DNA from: Oligoflexales bacterium
GTDB lineage: Bacteria > Bdellovibrionota_B > Oligoflexia > Oligoflexales > RGVZ01
Direction of reading: 5' to 3'
Assembly (NCBI GenBank): GCA_044236265.1
Contig: JBIIGV010000026.1
Span: forward strand, 1-28,966
DNA: 28,966 nt
Shown: positions 25,143 to 28,966 of the stretch, piece after piece
How the letters are laid out: the number at the start of each line of letters is the position of its first letter
Numbering within the stretch: position 1 is the stretch's first letter
The notes under the pieces: model-generated
Database searches by the model: none
What the model was told of the DNA's origin: nothing
What the model saw: the letters and a program-made list of their open reading frames with translations, nothing else
Program-made: the position numbers and the translations under genes

Positions 25143-27160
25143 GTCACTCTTTGGCCAGGCTGAGCACCGGAGTCAGGACTAAGAATAAAAATATCTTTGC
25201 CACCAGGCCCTGCGGCCAGGACCATCCCTTCACTCATGCCAAATTTCATTTTGCGAGGTTTCAAATTCGCAACCATGACGGTTAAACGTCCAACCAAATC
25301 TTCAGGCTTGTATGCATGACGAATACCGGAGAACACATTGCGCGTCTCACCGCCGAGATCAAGAGTCAGTCTTAAAAGCTTGTCTGCACCTTCGACAGCC
25401 TCGGCCGCCTGAATTCGCGCAATTCGAAGATCAACTTTCATGAAGTCATCAATCTCAATGGTTGATGAGGCTTCGTTTGCCGCAGGCTTTGCGGCTTTGC
25501 CTGCTGGCGCCGCTTCTACGGTTGCTGCGGATTCTTTCTTTTGATCTTCGATCATTTCGGCCACCTTCTTCGGGTCTACGCGGTGCAGCAAGTGTGTAAA
25601 TGTTTGCAATGTATGGTTTTCAAGACTCTGCTGAGCAGACGCCCATGTGTAGGGTTTTTCTCCAAATAAGGCTTCCACACGCTCGACATAACTTGGAAGA
25701 ATCGGCTTCAGATAGACAGCCATCACGCGGAAGACGTTAAGAGCTGCGGCAAGCACCTGCTTGGTTTTCAGTTCGTCTGTTTTGACTAGCTTCCACGGCT
25801 CATAGTTATCAAAATACTTATTAGCATCATCAGCAATTTCGCGAATGACCACCATGGCCTTGGCGAAGTCACGATCTTCAAAATGTCTCGCAATCTCCTC
25901 AGACCTTGCCTGTGCGCGGTGCACGAGTTCTTTGCCATCGGCTGCCATGGGCGCGATCTTGTTATCCAAGCGGCCGAGCATCTGCGCTGAACGAGATGCG
26001 ATATTAGTGATCTTGCCGATCAGATCTGAGTTCACGCGATTGGTGAAATCATCCAAGCTTAGATCAACGTCATCAATACCGTTATTCATTTTGCAGGCCA
26101 TGTAATAACGGAAGAACGACGGATCAAGATGCTTCAGGTAAGTCTTAGCCATGATAAATGTGCCGCGAGACTTACTCATCTTTACGCCGTCCACGGTTAA
26201 AAATCCATGGACCATCACTTGTTTTGGCAAATTAAAGCCAGCACTCTTCAACACCGCAGGCCAGAACAACACGTGAAAGCGGACGATATCTTTACCGATA
26301 CAGTGAAGGATTTCGGATTTAGGGTTACGCCAGTAGTGATCAAGGGTCTTATCGTGTTTTTCGGCGTATTCCTTTGTGGCTGCAATGTAGCCGATCGGTG
26401 CATCCATCCAGACGTAGAAGAATTTTTTGGGATGCCCCGGGATCTCAAAACCAAAGTACGGCTCATCGCGGGAAATGCACCAAGGTAAAAGCTCACCGTC
26501 CAACCACTCGTCTAGCTTATTGCTCACCTCTTTTTGGACATGATGAGGGACCCAGTCTTTCAAAAAGCCTCTGAAATCCTCAAGGCGCACAAAAAGATGC
26601 TCCGTATCCTTCGGTGATGGCGTGGCCCCACACATAGCGCACCGAGGAGACTTCAAATCCAAAGAATCGTAAGTGGTGCTGCAGGATTCGCAGTTATCAC
26701 CATACTGGTCGAGGGCTCCGCACTTGGGACAAGTTCCTTTGACAAACCGATCTGGCAAAAACATCTTATCGTGATCGCAGTAGAGCTGACGCATTGGCTT
26801 GTGATCGACCACTCCGGCCTTTTTCAGTTGCTCAAAGCAAAAGTTGGCCAGCTCCTGATTGGTTTTGGTGTTGGTCGATGAATAGTGATCATGATGAACT
26901 TCAAAAGCCTTGAAGTCCTCGACGTGTCGCGTCCACATACGTTCAATCAGCTGCTCTGGAGTGATGCCCTGCTTTCGGGCTGCGATCATCATCGGCGTGC
27001 CGTGGGTATCATCAGCGCAAAGAAAGACGGCATCGTGGCCACGCATCTTCTGGAACCGAGTCCAAAAATCACAAAGAAGATGCTCCAGCATATGGCCTAT
27101 ATGTAGGTCGCCATTGGCATATGGCAGGGCGGCAGTCAGAAGAATATTGCGAACAGTCAT
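25139..27160 (-). CDS. metG: Methionine--tRNA ligase with C-terminal tRNA-binding domain
   Basis: [22 protein letters not shown], Zn knuckle CPKC...[29 protein letters not shown]-terminal DDFMKVDLR...[20 protein letters not shown] 27160 fits the family N-terminus better than 27304. Confidence 0.97.
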   Translation of the reverse strand: MTVRNILLTAALPYANGDLHIGHMLEHLLCDFWTRFQKMRGHDAVFLCADDTHGTPMMIAARKQGITPEQLIERMWTRHVEDFKAFEVHHDHYSSTNTKTNQELANFCFEQLKKAGVVDHKPMRQLYCDHDKMFLPDRFVKGTCPKCGALDQYGDNCESCSTTYDSLDLKSPRCAMCGATPSPKDTEHLFVRLEDFRGFLKDWVPHHVQKEVSNKLDEWLDGELLPWCISRDEPYFGFEIPGHPKKFFYVWMDAPIGYIAATKEYAEKHDKTLDHYWRNPKSEILHCIGKDIVRFHVLFWPAVLKSAGFNLPKQVMVHGFLTVDGVKMSKSRGTFIMAKTYLKHLDPSFFRYYMACKMNNGIDDVDLSLDDFTNRVNSDLIGKITNIASRSAQMLGRLDNKIAPMAADGKELVHRAQARSEEIARHFEDRDFAKAMVVIREIADDANKYFDNYEPWKLVKTDELKTKQVLAAALNVFRVMAVYLKPILPSYVERVEALFGEKPYTWASAQQSLENHTLQTFTHLLHRVDPKKVAEMIEDQKKESAATVEAAPAGKAAKPAANEASSTIEIDDFMKVDLRIARIQAAEAVEGADKLLRLTLDLGGETRNVFSGIRHAYKPEDLVGRLTVMVANLKPRKMKFGMSEGMVLAAGPGGKDIFILSPDSGAQPGQRVT

Positions 27161-27417
27161 GAATCCACACTCCAAACTCAAAGCATCCGGAAACCAAGAT
27201 CGTAACAGCCCTCTAATATAGCTCAGAATAACTGAAATTGTTGGCGTTTTTTGAAATCTAAAAATATTCACTACATAAATTGGATGCTTACAACCCTCTG
27301 CCACCTAAGCACCAAAATGACAAATATGGGCCCATCCCGTCCGTCATAAGATGCCGTAAATATTAATTTTTAGGGGATTTGTAATTTTTTGCTCATGATC
27401 CTCCTGATCCGAACCGA

Positions 27418-27494
27418 CCCCCTCTTCATAACTCGTCGCCCGACTGAGGCCATAACGGCTCATGAGTGGGAGTGGGCGAGTTAAAAGGAGGGGG
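27418..27494 (+). promoter_or_regulatory. Long 5'-leader hairpin sequestering the Shine-Dalgarno
   Basis: CCCCCTCTT (27418-26) pairs with AGGAGGGGG (27486-94). TAACTCG (27429-35) pairs with CGAGTTA (27477-83). There is further inner pairing. Confidence 0.6.
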
Positions 27495-27498
27495 CTTT

Positions 27499-28966
27499 AT
27501 GAAAAGGGTGGTTAAACATCTGGGCATTTTGAGTGCTCTACTTGCTTATGGCTGTACGTCTGGTTCGGAAACCAAAAAGTCTGAGGTCAAGCCCACGGCC
27601 GCCTCTGGGGATGCGACGGTTGGTAGGGTCTCAACAATCACATCCGGCATCGAATTAGATGCCATCGCCTTGGTTGAAGTGGATGAGGACTCGACAAAGT
27701 TGATTCCTCTGAGAATCGGAACCACAACTACTGGCAGCTTACGCATTGAGATAATGGATTCTCCTAAGCATGGCGAGGTTCAGATAGATGCAGCTAATGC
27801 ATCCTTAAAATACTCACCAGATCCGGACTATTCGGGGCGCGATAATTTCTCTGTTCGAGTTATAGACGGGTCAAATGCATCGACTGCCAGACCCGTATCA
27901 ATCAAAGTAAATCCTGTAGATGATGCGCCAATCTGTCTTAGCCAAATATTCGGCGCTAAAACTGCGACCGAAATTCGGGCCTCTATAGCCTGCCAAGATA
28001 TTGACGATTCAGCTGTCGAGATCTGGATTTCCAAACCTCCCGTAAACGGTAGCGCGACGCTGTCGAGAAAAGATTTCGTATATACACTTGCGGCCGGACA
28101 GACAGCTGACGACGAGTTTGAAATAAAAGCCAGATCAAATGGCAAAGAATCAAAACCAGGCGTGATTAAGATTTCACCAAACTTAGTCGGTGAAAAGCCT
28201 GTTGCTAGCGCACTTTCAGTTAGCTGTCGCGAAGACGAACAGTGCAACGTTGTACTTTCAGCATCCTCTAATATTCCTAACCAGGGCTTTCACTATGAAG
28301 TTACATCGCCACCAAGGCAAATCCCAACCGAACTAAATATTGCGACTGGTGTATTGACATTCAGACTCAGTGAAAACTGGAGTGGAACTGATGAATTCAG
28401 ATACAGAGCTCGGTCTGGGGATAAATGGTCGGACGAAGTAACGGTTCCAATAGGTGTTGATGCAGTGAACGATCTCCCCGTCATTGCCTTAGCAGGTTCC
28501 ATAGATCCAATCATCACAATTGATGAGGACACAACGAGAGAGTTCTCGTATGAGCTCAGCGATATAGAATTAAACGCACTTGACGTTATTGTTTCACGCC
28601 AACCGGAGCATGGCCTGCTAAGTCTTGATTTGGATCGAAACCGCTTTTCATTTAGACCGAATGAAAACTTCAACGGATCTGACACATTCTCACTTAGCGC
28701 CTGTGAAAGAGGCTCTGAGCCTGCCGTGTGCTCCACACCGCTAGTGATTGAAATAAGCGTCAATCCGGTCAACGATAGTCCACGAGCACTGTCTCCATTT
28801 CATCCGCTAACTGAGGATTCGCCAGAAAGAATTTGTTTTGAAAAAGATCGTCTGGCCGTTGACGTTGATAATAACCTCGATGAAATAGTCATGAGTCCAA
28901 TGCAGGCGCCAGGCGTCACAATTGAAACAACAAGAATCTGTTATGTAGCTCCCTCAAATTTCAATG
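27499..28966 (+). CDS. Large surface lipoprotein with tandem Ig-like/cadherin-like repeats (Big_9/tandem-95 type), running off the right edge
   Basis: Manual translation is open from ATG 27499 (AGGAGG RBS) to the window end. Lipobox in MKRVVKHLGILSALLAYGC; repeated xED...P.HG...(Y/F)xP..(Y/F)xGxDxF...V..V(N/D)DxP units. Not in the ORF track. Confidence 0.9.
   Translation, partial: MKRVVKHLGILSALLAYGCTSGSETKKSEVKPTAASGDATVGRVSTITSGIELDAIALVEVDEDSTKLIPLRIGTTTTGSLRIEIMDSPKHGEVQIDAANASLKYSPDPDYSGRDNFSVRVIDGSNASTARPVSIKVNPVDDAPICLSQIFGAKTATEIRASIACQDIDDSAVEIWISKPPVNGSATLSRKDFVYTLAAGQTADDEFEIKARSNGKESKPGVIKISPNLVGEKPVASALSVSCREDEQCNVVLSASSNIPNQGFHYEVTSPPRQIPTELNIATGVLTFRLSENWSGTDEFRYRARSGDKWSDEVTVPIGVDAVNDLPVIALAGSIDPIITIDEDTTREFSYELSDIELNALDVIVSRQPEHGLLSLDLDRNRFSFRPNENFNGSDTFSLSACERGSEPAVCSTPLVIEISVNPVNDSPRALSPFHPLTEDSPERICFEKDRLAVDVDNNLDEIVMSPMQAPGVTIETTRICYVAPSNFN

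Noticed and set aside
27161..27304. 48-aa N-terminal extension of MetG, or a T-box/SAM leader
   Set aside because: The family N-terminus begins at ATG 27160. The upstream DNA is AT-rich promoter-like sequence with no T-box or SAM-I motifs seen.
27546..28772. Three minus-strand ORFs near the right edge
   Set aside because: Antisense shadows of the continuous plus-strand Ig-repeat lipoprotein frame.
1..28966. tRNA, rRNA, CRISPR array, IS or prophage elements
   Set aside because: No cloverleaf/T-loop signature, repeat-spacer array, transposase, integrase or phage gene was recognised by eye.

Overview
Gene-dense bacterial chromosomal window with no rRNA, tRNA, CRISPR, transposase or prophage genes visible. 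The many orphan lipoproteins and secreted proteins, sigma-54 and FliA-like promoters, and REC-TPR protein suggest a Bdellovibrionota/Oligoflexia-like deltaproteobacterium (inference only). Housekeeping genes are pfkA, coaBC, serB, metG, a TrmJ-like methylase and a TerC protein. Four real-looking CDSs are absent from the ORF track: an AstE/AspA-family gene off the left edge, a large Ig-repeat lipoprotein off the right edge, and two very basic small proteins (48 aa and 55 aa). The best candidate for an undescribed system is a sigma-54 circuit. It comprises a sensor-less histidine-kinase homologue whose phospho-acceptor His is replaced (HE to DQ), the adjacent NtrC-family activator, and three -24/-12 promoters with related upstream TGCG/CGCA boxes. 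These promoters lie in front of that operon, an eRF1-like small protein and a CBS protein. Other highlights are an archaeal-type CoaBC, a D-to-E pseudo-receiver TPR protein, a membrane-anchored alpha-carbonic anhydrase on a His-rich stalk, a Crp/Fnr regulator with a perfect FNR box beside a truncated catalase-like protein, and a long hairpin burying the RBS of the Ig-repeat lipoprotein. All family calls come from reading motifs by eye; no searches were run.
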